DNA from: Alphaproteobacteria bacterium
Lineage (GTDB): Bacteria; Pseudomonadota; Alphaproteobacteria; RF32; CAG-239
Length of the DNA stretch: 64,000 bases
Assembly: GCA_045578445.1 (NCBI GenBank)
Contig: JAZNKG010000040.1
Location: 3,922-67,921, forward strand
Direction of reading: 5' to 3'
In this document: piece by piece, positions 29,742-39,841 of the stretch
Position numbering within the stretch: position 1 is the first letter of the stretch
How the letters are laid out: the number at the start of each line of letters is the position of its first letter
Translations under genes and position numbers: made by a program
Notes under the pieces: model-generated
The model's database searches: none
Seen by the model: the letters and a program-made list of their open reading frames with translations, nothing else
Told to the model about the DNA's origin: nothing

Positions 29742-31139
29742 ATGAAAAAGTCAGAACTTTTATTGCCAGCAGGCTCTTTGGTTAAACTTAAGACAGCTCT
29801 TTTATATGGAGCTGATGCAGTTTATGCTGGTACTCCAGATATGAGTTTAAGAACTCAATCTAAATTTTCTTTAGAAGAATTAGAAGAAGGAATTAGAATT
29901 GTTCATGAGCAAGGTAAAAAGATTTATCTGACTTTGAATTTGTATATTCATAATGAGGAAGCTAAAAAATTACCTCAGTTTGTTGAAACACTTCGCAGAT
30001 TAAAACCAGATGGTGTTTTAATGGCAGACCCAGGTGTTTTTTATTATCTTAAAGAGCATGCCCCTGAACTTAATAGATTTGTTTCAACTCAAGCTAATAT
30101 TTGTTCGGCACAAACAGTTAAGTTTTGGCAATCTATGGGGGCAAAACTTTGTGTGTTAGGACGTGAAGTAACTTTTGCTGAAATGGAAGAGATTAGAAAA
30201 GAATGTCAAGATGTTGAACTAGAATGTTTTATGCATGGTGCTATGTGTATGTCTTATTCTGGAAGATGTTTGATTTCTAATTTTATGGCTGATAGAAGTG
30301 CAAACAAAGGTAAGTGCGCACATTGTTGTAGATGGCATTATAAACTTCATGTACGTTTAAAAGATGGCAGTGTTAAAGAGCTTATTATTAATGATGATAA
30401 TAAAGATAACTTTGAATATTTGTTGGAAGAAGATTTTAGGCCAGGTGAATATTATGAAGTGGTTGAAGATGAGCACGGAAGTTATCTATTAAACTCTAAA
30501 GATATGTGCATGATGCCAAGATTGAATGACTTGCTTAGAATCGGTATGGACTCGCTTAAAGTAGAAGGCCGTAATAAAACAGAATATTATGCTGGTGTGG
30601 TAGCAAGAGTTTATAGAAAAGCTATTGATGACTATTATGTAAATCCGAATGAATGGGATTATAAAAAGTATATGTCTGAATTAATGACATTACAAAACAG
30701 AGGGTATTGTTTGGGATTTCATGATGGTAAACTTACAAATATTAGTCAAAATTATGAATACACTCGTACATTAGGCGAATGGTTGTTTGCTGGTAGTATT
30801 GTTGAGTGGGACGGAGATGATGCTATTTTTGAATTAAGAAATTATATAGAAGCTGGTGATTTTATAGAGTTTTTAGTTCCTGGTGGTTTAGAAAACTTCC
30901 GTTTGACAATGTCTTCTTTTGAAGATGCTATTACAGGTGAGGTAACTACAAAAGTTTCTGCAGGACAAGGCAAGAAGATTAGAATTAAGCCAGAAGTTTG
31001 GGGTAAAGATATTAATGAAATTAAGAAACTGCTTCCTCAATATACTATTGCTCGTAAGCCTCAATCTTTGAAAGGTGAAAATAAAGAAATGTATGAGCAT
31101 AAACTAGAAGAATGGGATATTCTTTGTAACAAGAAATAA
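29742..31139 (+). CDS. Peptidase U32 family protein (TrhP/YegQ-like tRNA hydroxylation)
   Basis: ELLLPAG, GADAVY.G, STQAN, HGAMCMSYSGRC, C..CCRW, SLKVEGR.K. Confidence 0.9.
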   Translation: MKKSELLLPAGSLVKLKTALLYGADAVYAGTPDMSLRTQSKFSLEELEEGIRIVHEQGKKIYLTLNLYIHNEEAKKLPQFVETLRRLKPDGVLMADPGVFYYLKEHAPELNRFVSTQANICSAQTVKFWQSMGAKLCVLGREVTFAEMEEIRKECQDVELECFMHGAMCMSYSGRCLISNFMADRSANKGKCAHCCRWHYKLHVRLKDGSVKELIINDDNKDNFEYLLEEDFRPGEYYEVVEDEHGSYLLNSKDMCMMPRLNDLLRIGMDSLKVEGRNKTEYYAGVVARVYRKAIDDYYVNPNEWDYKKYMSELMTLQNRGYCLGFHDGKLTNISQNYEYTRTLGEWLFAGSIVEWDGDDAIFELRNYIEAGDFIEFLVPGGLENFRLTMSSFEDAITGEVTTKVSAGQGKKIRIKPEVWGKDINEIKKLLPQYTIARKPQSLKGENKEMYEHKLEEWDILCNKK

Positions 31140-31155
31140 TATTGTCAAAAAAAGC

Positions 31156-31184
31156 TTTACATTTAATATTTTGTAGTATATAAA
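31156..31184 (+). promoter_or_regulatory. Putative promoter of stand-alone rplQ
   Basis: TTTACA-N17-TATAAA. Confidence 0.5.
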
Positions 31185-31303
31185 GCGGTTCAGATTGTGA
31201 GAATCGCTGATTCTCCTATTGTTTCGTATACATGAAGGTGGTACGAAAATTGGTTTTTATCCGCTTCGGGGTCCGAAGCACAGAAAAAAGAAAGGAATTT
31301 ATT

Positions 31304-31753
31304 ATGAGACACGGTGACGCACATAGACGTTTTAATATGCCAAAAAGTCAAAGAAGAGCTTTGTTTGCTAACTTAACAAATGCTTTGTTAACACATGAAC
31401 AAATTACAATTACTTTGCCAAGAGCTAAAGAATTAAGAACTTTTGCTGAAAAAATGATTTCTTATGCTAAAAAAGGTGACTTAAATTCTCGTCGTTTGGC
31501 ATTGTCTTTCTTGCGTGATAAAGAAGTTGTTTCTAAGCTTTTTTCTGTTTTGGCTGATCGTTATAAAGAACGTAACGGTGGTTATACACGCGTATTAAAA
31601 TCTGGCTTTAGATATGGCGATTGCGCTCCAATGGCTATTATTGAATTAGTTGACAGAGATGTTAATGCTAAAGGTAAAAAAGATATTGAACGCGTTAAAG
31701 CTGAAAAAGCTGCATTAGAAGCTGCTAATGCTAGTGAAGAAACTGCTGCTTAA
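31304..31753 (+). CDS. rplQ: 50S ribosomal protein L17
   Basis: MRHG, HEQI..T..RAKELR, R.GGYTR.LK...R.GD.APMA.IELV; AAGGA RBS before ATG 31304. Confidence 0.97.
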   Translation: MRHGDAHRRFNMPKSQRRALFANLTNALLTHEQITITLPRAKELRTFAEKMISYAKKGDLNSRRLALSFLRDKEVVSKLFSVLADRYKERNGGYTRVLKSGFRYGDCAPMAIIELVDRDVNAKGKKDIERVKAEKAALEAANASEETAA

Positions 31754-31771
31754 TTATATAAGTAAGTATTA

Positions 31772-31808
31772 AAAATAAAACCGCTCTGATAAAGGGCGGT
31801 TTTATTTT
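31772..31808. terminator. Bidirectional terminator
   Basis: AAAATAAAACCGCTCT-loop-AGGGCGGTTTTATTTT. Confidence 0.85.
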
Positions 31809-31826
31809 GTGGTAACGGCGGACTGT

Positions 31827-32042
31827 TTATTTAGTTTGAACGTCGTTTTTTATATCGTTAATAACAGAAGAAGCATCATTTTTCATCTCCTTTATGGTTT
31901 TTATACTTTCATCTTTTACTTCTGTAACAGCTTGTCCTATTGTTGTATTAGAAGTAATTGAGCCGGTATAGGCTGCTCGAATTAAAACATAAACTGCGAC
32001 GACGACTAAAAAGTAGATAATGTAGGTTATAATTTTACCCAT
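31827..32042 (-). CDS. Small membrane-anchored hypothetical protein
   Basis: N-terminal TM segment; AAGGAG RBS. Confidence 0.65.
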   Translation of the reverse strand: MGKIITYIIYFLVVVAVYVLIRAAYTGSITSNTTIGQAVTEVKDESIKTIKEMKNDASSVINDIKNDVQTK

Positions 32043-32128
32043 ATGATATCTCCTTGTGGTAGTTTATACGCTAAAGGAGATAATAGGTAAATTTGTTATT
32101 TAAAGATTATATAGACTTATTATATGTT

Positions 32129-32770
32129 TTATGAAGCTGTTTTTCTTTTTTCTTGGATTAAGGTATAGGCATTTAGTGCGGGGATTACAGCGCAGTCTAT
32201 AAGATGAATTTGTTTTTCATCTAAATAATAAGAAAATAGTCCTCTTAATTGGTCAATCATGCCAACAGTTAGTGCTTTTTTACCTTTTTCATAATCAATA
32301 CCAATAGCCTTTGAATTATGTTCAGCTGTAAAACCGTAGAGTTGAACAGGGTGGTCATATTCGTATGTTTCGCTATATGTATATGCATTTGCTGTTTGGT
32401 ATTCTGTTTCGTCTTCAAAAAATGGAATCACATTGTAAATATTTTCATCAAATTGAAGTAATCCGCCAATACTTTGCTCTTTGAAATGTCTGGTAGAATT
32501 TACAACAACATAATTATCTTCTTCATTGGTAACTATAGCCACAAAGTTATGAATAAGACTTGTTTCATCATAAGCTGTTTCATTTGGGGCTAAGATTCGT
32601 AACTGATTTTTTTCTTGTGTTACGATGTTGTCATACAATGGATGACCAGGAAAAATGAACTCTACATGGCTTTTTTGACGTTTCATTTCTGCTACAACTT
32701 GTGCTTTAGCATCTGTTGTAGTGCTTTTGGGCTCTTTAAACGATTTAAACCAGTTTAATATCATGTTCAT
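32129..32770 (-). CDS. Hypothetical protein
   Basis: 213-codon ORF with AAGGAG RBS before ATG 32770; no recognised motif. Confidence 0.65.
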   Translation of the reverse strand: MNMILNWFKSFKEPKSTTTDAKAQVVAEMKRQKSHVEFIFPGHPLYDNIVTQEKNQLRILAPNETAYDETSLIHNFVAIVTNEEDNYVVVNSTRHFKEQSIGGLLQFDENIYNVIPFFEDETEYQTANAYTYSETYEYDHPVQLYGFTAEHNSKAIGIDYEKGKKALTVGMIDQLRGLFSYYLDEKQIHLIDCAVIPALNAYTLIQEKRKTAS

Positions 32771-32868
32771 GGCTTTCTCCTTTTGTTTTTTAATCATAAC
32801 ATAAAAAACATAATCAGTAAATACTTTTATTACTTTATATCAGAGATACTTAGCAAATTCCTAATTTT

Positions 32869-33291
32869 TTATTTAAAATTAAAAAAATTATCAATAAATT
32901 GTGTAACTCGACGATTAAAAATATTGGTATTAAAAGTTTCTGATTGAAGACCTGATAATGTGCGGTGTTGAAAAGATGCATAGTCAGAAATTTTAATTAA
33001 AGCTAAGGTTAGAGGTCCTCTTAGCTTAAAAGCAGAGATAAATTCAGGATGTTTTTGCTCATCTATTAGATAAATATTGAGGCGATTGGAATAATTATTG
33101 TTTAATAAATCAACAAGCATTCTTATTGCTTTGGGACAGTTTTGACAAGTGTTTGCTGAGTTGTAGAAAATAATTGCTTCTGAGCGATTTTGATTTTTGG
33201 GATTTATATATAGATTTTCTAAATTGAGTTTGGTTGCATAAGCATTTGTGCATAGCAAAACTAACGTCCATAGTATGAGTATGAAGCGCAT
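32869..33291 (-). CDS. Exported thioredoxin-like protein
   Basis: Signal peptide, FY....CQNC motif, later GP.TL. Confidence 0.55.
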   Translation of the reverse strand: MRFILILWTLVLLCTNAYATKLNLENLYINPKNQNRSEAIIFYNSANTCQNCPKAIRMLVDLLNNNYSNRLNIYLIDEQKHPEFISAFKLRGPLTLALIKISDYASFQHRTLSGLQSETFNTNIFNRRVTQFIDNFFNFK

Positions 33292-33317
33292 ATTATATCC
33301 TTTCTGTAAGTTTTAAT

Positions 33318-34994
33318 TTAGAGAGGAGAGCAGGATGATTTTAACCACTCTAGCTCTTGTTTAGATAGATATTTTTTAAGTTTATTAAATACTTGTGAGT
33401 GATATGTATCTATCCATTTTATCTCGTCTGGAGTTAAAAGATATTTATTAATAAGCTTTTTATCAAGAGGAGCTAGGGTTAAAACTTCAAATTCTAAATA
33501 TTTAGGATTTTTAGACTGCTTTACATAGTATAGATTTTCTATTCTAATTCCAAAAGCATTTTCTTTATAAAATCCAGGTTCTATTGAGGTTAACATTCCG
33601 GCTTTTAGAGTTGCGCTATTTTTTGCATTAATAGATATGCAATGAGGGCCTTCGTGTACGTTTGAAAAGTATCCAACACCATGTCCTGTGCCATGATTAT
33701 AATTTAGGTCATGTTTTAATAAGTGTTGACGGGCAATAAGGTCTATTTCGCACCCCTTAGTATCTTTAGGGAATATAGATGTTGCTAGGGCAATATGAGC
33801 TTTTAAAACAAGAGTGTTTTTTTCAATCATATCAACAGTTGGTTCTCCAATAGCTATAGTTCTTGTGACATCGGTTGTGCCATCAAAATATTGTCCACCA
33901 CTATCTAGCAATAATACAGAGCCCTTTTTGAGTGTTTTATTACTTTTTTCATCGGCACAGTAATGGACAATTGCTGAGTTTGTGCCAAAGCCTGCAATTG
34001 TGGCAAAACTTTCAGAATGAAAATTTAATTCTTTTTGACGGAATGAAAGTAGTTTTTCGGCGATATCTATTTCTGTTTTATGTTTATAATTTTTTGATAA
34101 CCAGAACATAAATTTAGATAGAGCTACTCCATCCTTTAGGTGGGCGTTTGTTATAGATTTTATTTCTGTTGGAGTTTTGATTGATTTTAAATTATCAATA
34201 TAATCGCTTACATCAATTAGGTTAGGGCAATAATCTTGCAAAATACAAGGTGTTGTTGAAAAGTCAGAGCCAATGTTTTGGTATTTTTCTAAATGTTTTT
34301 TTAACTCATTAAAAGGTAGGGCTAAATTTAAGTCGGTATGCTCTGCAAATATTTTGTATGAGCCAGTTTTTTCGACTAAAACATAGGCTCTTAAAATTGG
34401 GGTATATGGTAAAGCATTAGAACGGAGATTTAGTAACCAAGATGTATTAGATGCTGAAGTTATTAGATATGCATCTAAATTATTATTTTTTATGTATTTT
34501 ATAACATAAGAAATTTTATCTTTTGCTGATAATGAATTAAACTTTTTTTGGTGGGTAATAGTTTTAACTTGATTATCACTTAATAATGTTTCTGGATTTT
34601 TTAAGGGAATAAATTTTGCATTGGGAAGTATTTTTTGTAGTTTCTGTAAATATTTAAGACTAATAACCCAAGGATTATAGTTTATTGAAATAGTGTTTTT
34701 GGTAAAATTTTTTATGAGCCATTTTTCAAAACTTAATTCTGTTGTTTTTACAATTTCTATTTGGCGAAGATTTACTTGTTTTTTTGCTTGTATTTCATAT
34801 CTGCCATCAACAAAGAGGTATGCTTTTGTTTGTGTTACAAATAAAATTCCTGCTGAACCAGTAAACCCTGTTAATTTATAAATCTGATTTTCAGATGTTA
34901 AAATATCTTCGTTAATAAACATATTGCCAAGGGTAAAAAGTCTGGCATTTATCTTGTCTTTTTTTAGTTGTTTTTGGATTTCTTTAATGGTCAT
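33318..34994 (-). CDS. Xaa-Pro aminopeptidase (M24B, aminopeptidase P)
   Basis: TGFTGSAG, DGRY..QA, DSGGQY.DGTTDVTRT, HGTGHGVG...VHEGP, EPG.Y...GIRIEN. Confidence 0.93.
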   Translation of the reverse strand: MTIKEIQKQLKKDKINARLFTLGNMFINEDILTSENQIYKLTGFTGSAGILFVTQTKAYLFVDGRYEIQAKKQVNLRQIEIVKTTELSFEKWLIKNFTKNTISINYNPWVISLKYLQKLQKILPNAKFIPLKNPETLLSDNQVKTITHQKKFNSLSAKDKISYVIKYIKNNNLDAYLITSASNTSWLLNLRSNALPYTPILRAYVLVEKTGSYKIFAEHTDLNLALPFNELKKHLEKYQNIGSDFSTTPCILQDYCPNLIDVSDYIDNLKSIKTPTEIKSITNAHLKDGVALSKFMFWLSKNYKHKTEIDIAEKLLSFRQKELNFHSESFATIAGFGTNSAIVHYCADEKSNKTLKKGSVLLLDSGGQYFDGTTDVTRTIAIGEPTVDMIEKNTLVLKAHIALATSIFPKDTKGCEIDLIARQHLLKHDLNYNHGTGHGVGYFSNVHEGPHCISINAKNSATLKAGMLTSIEPGFYKENAFGIRIENLYYVKQSKNPKYLEFEVLTLAPLDKKLINKYLLTPDEIKWIDTYHSQVFNKLKKYLSKQELEWLKSSCSPL

Positions 34995-35007
34995 AGCTTT
35001 TCTCCTT

Positions 35008-35880
35008 TTATTTTTGTAAAAGTGTAGCACACCAATTATCTATTTGATAATTTTTTACAACTTTGAAACCAATTGAAGTATGATGATTTATAATGTCTTG
35101 CTTTTGATTTTCTATAAAACCTGATATTAAATAATAACCGTTTTTATTTAAGCATTTGTATGCATCTTCGGTCATTGTTTTTAGTGGATTAGCTAATATG
35201 TTTGCTAGTATTATATCAAATGGAGCAGATGTTTTTATGAGTGGGTTTTGATAGCCATCACTTAATATTGATGAGATTGTTTTTTCAACGTTATTAGTTA
35301 TAGAATTATTTTGAGTAACATCAACCGACTCGGGGTCAATATCTGCAGAAATAATTTTTGGAGCATTATTCCAAATTTTAGCAGAGGCGATTGATAATAT
35401 GCCTGAGCCTGTTCCCATGTCTAATATTTTAGAAGGGGTTGGTATTTTATTTTTTAGTTCGCTAATTGCAGTGAGGCACATTTTGGTGGTTTGGTGCTCT
35501 GAGCCAAAAGCAGTGGCGGCATAAACTTGTACTGGAATTTTTGTTGTTTGAGGGCAGGTTGCTTCGTGTATACCATAAATTAAAAATTCGCCAATTTCAA
35601 AAGGTGGAAATTTTATAACATTTTCGGTTAACCAGTTTTTGCTTTCTAAGATTTCTTCTGTGTAGTGAGGTAAATCTAGTTTATTTTCTTTTATATCTTT
35701 TTGAAAAGTTTGCGAATCGAAATCAAGTGGCGCATAACAAACGTATTGTTCTAGCCCATCGTCTGTGTAGTCAATAGAAACAACATCAAATATATTTTCT
35801 AAGAATTCGGCTTCGATTTCTCCTAATTCAATGATAGGTTCAAATTTAATTAATTTACAGCTTTTACCAATGTTATGCAT
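35008..35880 (-). CDS. prmA: Ribosomal protein L11 methyltransferase
   Basis: AFGS.HQTT..CL, LDMGTGSGILSI, DID, ANILA, ISG. Confidence 0.9.
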   Translation of the reverse strand: MHNIGKSCKLIKFEPIIELGEIEAEFLENIFDVVSIDYTDDGLEQYVCYAPLDFDSQTFQKDIKENKLDLPHYTEEILESKNWLTENVIKFPPFEIGEFLIYGIHEATCPQTTKIPVQVYAATAFGSEHQTTKMCLTAISELKNKIPTPSKILDMGTGSGILSIASAKIWNNAPKIISADIDPESVDVTQNNSITNNVEKTISSILSDGYQNPLIKTSAPFDIILANILANPLKTMTEDAYKCLNKNGYYLISGFIENQKQDIINHHTSIGFKVVKNYQIDNWCATLLQK

Positions 35881-35960
35881 AGTTTCACCTTTTTTGTTTA
35901 CAAGTTTTATTTATCGTTGCATAAATATAGTGAGGAAAACGTTAAAAAAGAGATTATATT

Positions 35961-36737
35961 ATGAAAAAAATATTTATCAGCTTAGTATTATTAGCGGTAT
36001 CGTCTTGTTCTTATCTGAAAGGCGATTATACTTTGGGTAAAAGAAATACTTTTAATGACTTCTTTTATACATATAATATCCGCTATTATGATACAGATTC
36101 ATTTTCAAATGCAAATACAGAAACAGTTACAGTTAGCGACTATGATTTAGGTGCGGTACGTCATGCTGTTCCTGGTGGTATTGTTGTTTATTCTAAGATA
36201 ATTAGAAAAGAAGTGTATTCAGATGAATATGTTCGTCCAACAGCTAAAGGTGCTTTGGTTTCTTATACTGTTCCTGTTGAGTTTTCTGATGAAAAAGTGT
36301 ATCAAGCAATTGGTGAAGTTGAGATTAATGGTGAGACATATCGTTTAGTTAAACCGAATCGCATAGGTGATGTATTGCTAATTGGTGCAAGAGGAGATAT
36401 TTATCCTCGTGTTGGCAAAATTTATAATGATAGATTGGCATTACTTGAAACACAATTTATTTTAGAGCCAGAAAATGTTAAGTTTGTTAATGAAACAAAG
36501 AATCGTTTTGGCGAAGAAGACACAGTTGCTGGTTTTGAAGTTAGATACATTGGTTTAGAAGATTATCAAATGGTATTTAGCTTGCTTACTGTTTCTCCAG
36601 ATGGCGGAATGGAAACAGAGCAAACAAAAACATTCAAGTTCCCTATGTATGATAAGAAAATTATTATTGATGGTATAAAATTAGAAATTTTAGGCATTGA
36701 TGATAGTGGTATAGAATACAAAATTTTGGGAATCTAG
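35961..36737 (+). CDS. Hypothetical lipoprotein
   Basis: Signal peptide with lipobox VSSC. Confidence 0.7.
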   Translation: MKKIFISLVLLAVSSCSYLKGDYTLGKRNTFNDFFYTYNIRYYDTDSFSNANTETVTVSDYDLGAVRHAVPGGIVVYSKIIRKEVYSDEYVRPTAKGALVSYTVPVEFSDEKVYQAIGEVEINGETYRLVKPNRIGDVLLIGARGDIYPRVGKIYNDRLALLETQFILEPENVKFVNETKNRFGEEDTVAGFEVRYIGLEDYQMVFSLLTVSPDGGMETEQTKTFKFPMYDKKIIIDGIKLEILGIDDSGIEYKILGI

Positions 36738-36761
36738 TTAAATTTAATATAATCTAATAAG

Positions 36762-36789
36762 AGAGCTACAGAGATGTGGCTCTTTTTTT
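36762..36789 (+). terminator. Intrinsic terminator
   Basis: AGAGCTACA-GAGA-TGTGGCTCT followed by a T tract. Confidence 0.75.
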
Positions 36790-36856
36790 ATAACTAAAAT
36801 AGAGGTTTAATTTGGTCTTAATCATAATATTTCAATGTATTATGAAAGGAGGCAAT

Positions 36857-37168
36857 ATGCGTTTTATTAAACCTGAAAGTATTGATAAAAATTCTATAAT
36901 ATTAGATGTGAGAGCTGATGAAGAATATAAACAGGAACGTTTGGCTCTGCCTCACATTTTGATAAAAGCAGATGAAATAAATCCAGATAAATTTATGGCT
37001 CAATATAATCCCAAAGGAGATAAAGTGATTAATATTTTGTGTACCTCAGGAGGATTAGCTTCTGAAGTGGCAGAAAAATTTGAGCAGGCAGGGTATGATA
37101 ATGTCGCTGTGGTTTTGGGTGGAATTATTGAAGCGGAATATGAAGGATTAGAAATTTTGAAAAATTGA
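36857..37168 (+). CDS. Rhodanese-like domain protein
   Basis: ILDVR..EY, C.SGG.A, AGY.NV....GG; AGGAGG RBS. Confidence 0.85.
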   Translation: MRFIKPESIDKNSIILDVRADEEYKQERLALPHILIKADEINPDKFMAQYNPKGDKVINILCTSGGLASEVAEKFEQAGYDNVAVVLGGIIEAEYEGLEILKN

Positions 37169-37171
37169 AAT

Positions 37172-37201
37172 AAAAAAGAGTAGGATTTTTATCCTACTCT
37201 T
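37172..37201. terminator. Terminator between convergent genes
   Basis: AAGAGTAGGAT-TTTT-ATCCTACTCTT. Confidence 0.8.
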
Positions 37202-37216
37202 GTAAAGTTGTTAGAA

Positions 37217-37741
37217 CTACCGGCGTGTTACTTCGACGCATTCTGGACAACATACCTTGCACAGAGCTCGCATTTCTGGTTCGGTCACAGTGAATTCTGC
37301 ATTGGCTTTGAGAGCTCCATTTGCCTTTTCGAAAAGAGGCCTTGAGATTTTTTCGTCTTTTAAGCCCTTTCTCAGTTTTGCTCCGATGTCATTTACCCAA
37401 AAGAGCTGACCATCGACTGATATGGTTGAGTAGGTAATGTTGTTACCGTGCTTTTTGAGGAACATACTTCCATCAACCCAGGCAACAAGAACCTCAGAGA
37501 GACGAATGAAAATGGCTACATAGCCAGTATATTTTTCATTATTACGGAGGAGTTTGCTCTCATCGTAGGTAAGACCTGCGATATTAAGAGCACCTTTGAA
37601 AGAACTCACAGGGCACATTTTGATGCTCTGTCTTGCGACAAGTGCCTCATGTTCAGATATTTTTTGAACATTGAAACCTTGAGCGCAATCAATTTTGTTA
37701 GTGCTTTTTGGGGCACTGCATACTTTGAATTTTACTTTCAT
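37217..37741 (-). CDS. Hypothetical protein with atypically high GC
   Basis: 174 codons; own promoter-like TTGACA-N16-TACAAC and terminator; Cys-rich C-terminus (CKVCCPEC). Confidence 0.65.
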   Translation of the reverse strand: MKVKFKVCSAPKSTNKIDCAQGFNVQKISEHEALVARQSIKMCPVSSFKGALNIAGLTYDESKLLRNNEKYTGYVAIFIRLSEVLVAWVDGSMFLKKHGNNITYSTISVDGQLFWVNDIGAKLRKGLKDEKISRPLFEKANGALKANAEFTVTEPEMRALCKVCCPECVEVTRR

Positions 37742-37892
37742 AAAAATAGTGTTTTATTAAATAATGTACATAACCTTAAATAAAGAGTTATTGGTTGTAG
37801 CATTTTTTTTGCGAATGTCAATAGATTGTTTTCAAAAAAGCTTGTTTTGTATGAAAAAACATATATGATAAGCTTAAAAAGGAGATATTGTA

Positions 37893-38513
37893 ATGCCAAA
37901 TTTTGAATTAGAAGATAGTTTTGCAGGTGCTGTGGCTGGTGTTGATGAAGCTGGACGTGGTCCGTGGGTTGGTCCTGTTGTTGCTGGGTGTGTTTTTTTT
38001 GTTAATAGAAACGTTGATGCAAAACTTTTAGAAAATTTAAATGATTCTAAAAAAATATCTAAGAAAAAACGTGAAATGCTTTTTGATTTGTTGCATGTTG
38101 AAGCAGAGAAAGGAAATGTTTTAATAGGAATTGGCGAGGCGAGTGCAAAAGAAATAGATAAAATAAATATTCTTAATGCTTCATTTTTAGCAATGAAGAG
38201 AGCTGTTGAAAATGCAAAAATTAAACCAGATATGGTTTTAATTGATGGTAATCGTGAACCAAAAGATTTTGGTTATAAAACTAAGGCTATTATTAAAGGT
38301 GATGCAAAGTCATACTCTATATCTGGGGCATCTATTTTAGCTAAAGTTTATCGTGATAGATTAATGGAAGATATGGCAAAAAAATATCCGTATTATGGTT
38401 TTGAAAAAAATGCTGGATATGGAACAAAGGCTCATATTGAAGGACTTGAAAAATACGGCATAACACCAGAACATAGAAAATCTTATGCGCCAATTAAGGC
38501 TTTTTTGAAATAA
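37893..38513 (+). CDS. rnhB: Ribonuclease HII
   Basis: GVDEAGRG, LNDSKK, IDGN, KGD..S.SI..ASI.AKV.RD, GYGT..H. Confidence 0.96.
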   Translation: MPNFELEDSFAGAVAGVDEAGRGPWVGPVVAGCVFFVNRNVDAKLLENLNDSKKISKKKREMLFDLLHVEAEKGNVLIGIGEASAKEIDKINILNASFLAMKRAVENAKIKPDMVLIDGNREPKDFGYKTKAIIKGDAKSYSISGASILAKVYRDRLMEDMAKKYPYYGFEKNAGYGTKAHIEGLEKYGITPEHRKSYAPIKAFLK

Positions 38514-38622
38514 CAAACCTAAGAATACGCTTTATTTGTTGATAAAGTATAGTTTTTACTTATGAAAGTATATAACATTGTATATCGTTTATGCTATATG
38601 TGTAATGTTATAGAGGACTATC

Positions 38623-39303
38623 ATGTTTAAGAAAGCGTTTTTATCTCCATTTTTTATGCCAGTGTTTTTTGTTTTGTTATGGGCTATGTTTTTATGTTAT
38701 ACCATATTTTTTTATAATGGAAATGAGGCAATTTTGGCAGTAACAAAAGAAGGTGGAATTATTGAAGATATATCTCATGTTGGATATATTTTCTTAATAG
38801 CATTGTTGTTATTAGTGTCTAATGATTATAGAGATAAGATTAGATCTTGGGGAATATATTTGTTTTTAGCTATTTGTGCTTTTTTAAGAGAAGAAGGAAT
38901 TCATCATCACTTGTCAAGAACAGATACAACTCCTTTTAAGTCTCGCTTTTTCTTAAACCCTAATAATGCATTGAGTGAGAAGATTGTGTTTGGTATTTTC
39001 TTATTAGTGATTTTATGCGCTGTGATTTATTTGGCTAATAAATATGCTAAACATTTAGTAAAATCATTTTTTAAGTTTGATACAATTTCTTGGTCTATTG
39101 CTGTTATGTGTGGTATTGGTGTTGTGTCAAAGTACATAGATAGATTTCCAGCTAATTGGCGCAAAGCACATGGTGGAGTTAAGTTATCAGATGATGTTTA
39201 TACAATGTTTCAATTGGTAGAAGAATCGATGGAGATGTTTTTACCGTATATTGCTTGTTTTATTTTGATTCAATATCATTATCTGCATGCAGAAAAGAAA
39301 TAA
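38623..39303 (+). CDS. Hypothetical multi-pass membrane protein
   Basis: About 6 TM segments with intramembrane acidic motifs (IIE, LREE, VEE..E). Confidence 0.7.
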   Translation: MFKKAFLSPFFMPVFFVLLWAMFLCYTIFFYNGNEAILAVTKEGGIIEDISHVGYIFLIALLLLVSNDYRDKIRSWGIYLFLAICAFLREEGIHHHLSRTDTTPFKSRFFLNPNNALSEKIVFGIFLLVILCAVIYLANKYAKHLVKSFFKFDTISWSIAVMCGIGVVSKYIDRFPANWRKAHGGVKLSDDVYTMFQLVEESMEMFLPYIACFILIQYHYLHAEKK

Positions 39304-39310
39304 TTTTTAT

Positions 39311-39337
39311 AAAGGGGCTGAAGAGCTCCTTTTTTTT
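39311..39337 (+). terminator. Intrinsic terminator
   Basis: AAAGGGGCT-GAAG-AGCTCCTTT followed by a T tract. Confidence 0.7.
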
Positions 39338-39427
39338 GACTTTTTTTATATAAAAGACTTGAAATATTTTGAATGATATGATAGTTCTATAAGAACGTTA
39401 TAAAATAATTATGTAAATATTACGATT

Positions 39428-39766
39428 ATGGAAAAAACTAAGCTAAACCTAAGCGGGTATCAGATTGAAACCGCATCTGAAGTAGAGGTTAACGAAAAGT
39501 TCAACCTTGTGAAGGGACACGAAATTAGTGTATCTGATGCCGAAGGAAAGAGTCTCTTTGAGAATTTGAGAGGTTTTATGGCTCTCAAGAAGGCGTTTCT
39601 CATAAGAGAAGAAGATGGCACTTGGTATCTTTGCCCAGCTAAGGGTGGTAAGAAAGTTATCAAGAAAGCCAATGTAAAGATAAAAGATAAGGTACTGATG
39701 TTCGATGAGAGAGGCAAGTTGCATCTTGACCAGACCTCTCCGCATTATAGTTCCTTTGCATTCTAG
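39428..39766 (+). CDS. Hypothetical protein with atypically high GC
   Basis: 112 codons with many C/G-ending codons; AT-rich leader with no SD. Confidence 0.6.
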   Translation: MEKTKLNLSGYQIETASEVEVNEKFNLVKGHEISVSDAEGKSLFENLRGFMALKKAFLIREEDGTWYLCPAKGGKKVIKKANVKIKDKVLMFDERGKLHLDQTSPHYSSFAF

Positions 39767-39808
39767 TTTAGAATTGGTTTCTATGACTAGATTGTGTGTG
39801 TGTAAAGA

Positions 39809-39841
39809 AGAAGCAGGCTTTTTAGCCTGCTTCTGTGTTTT
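39809..39841. terminator. Terminator between the 39428 ORF and ftsH
   Basis: AGAAGCAGGCT-TTTT-AGCCTGCTTCT. Confidence 0.75.
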
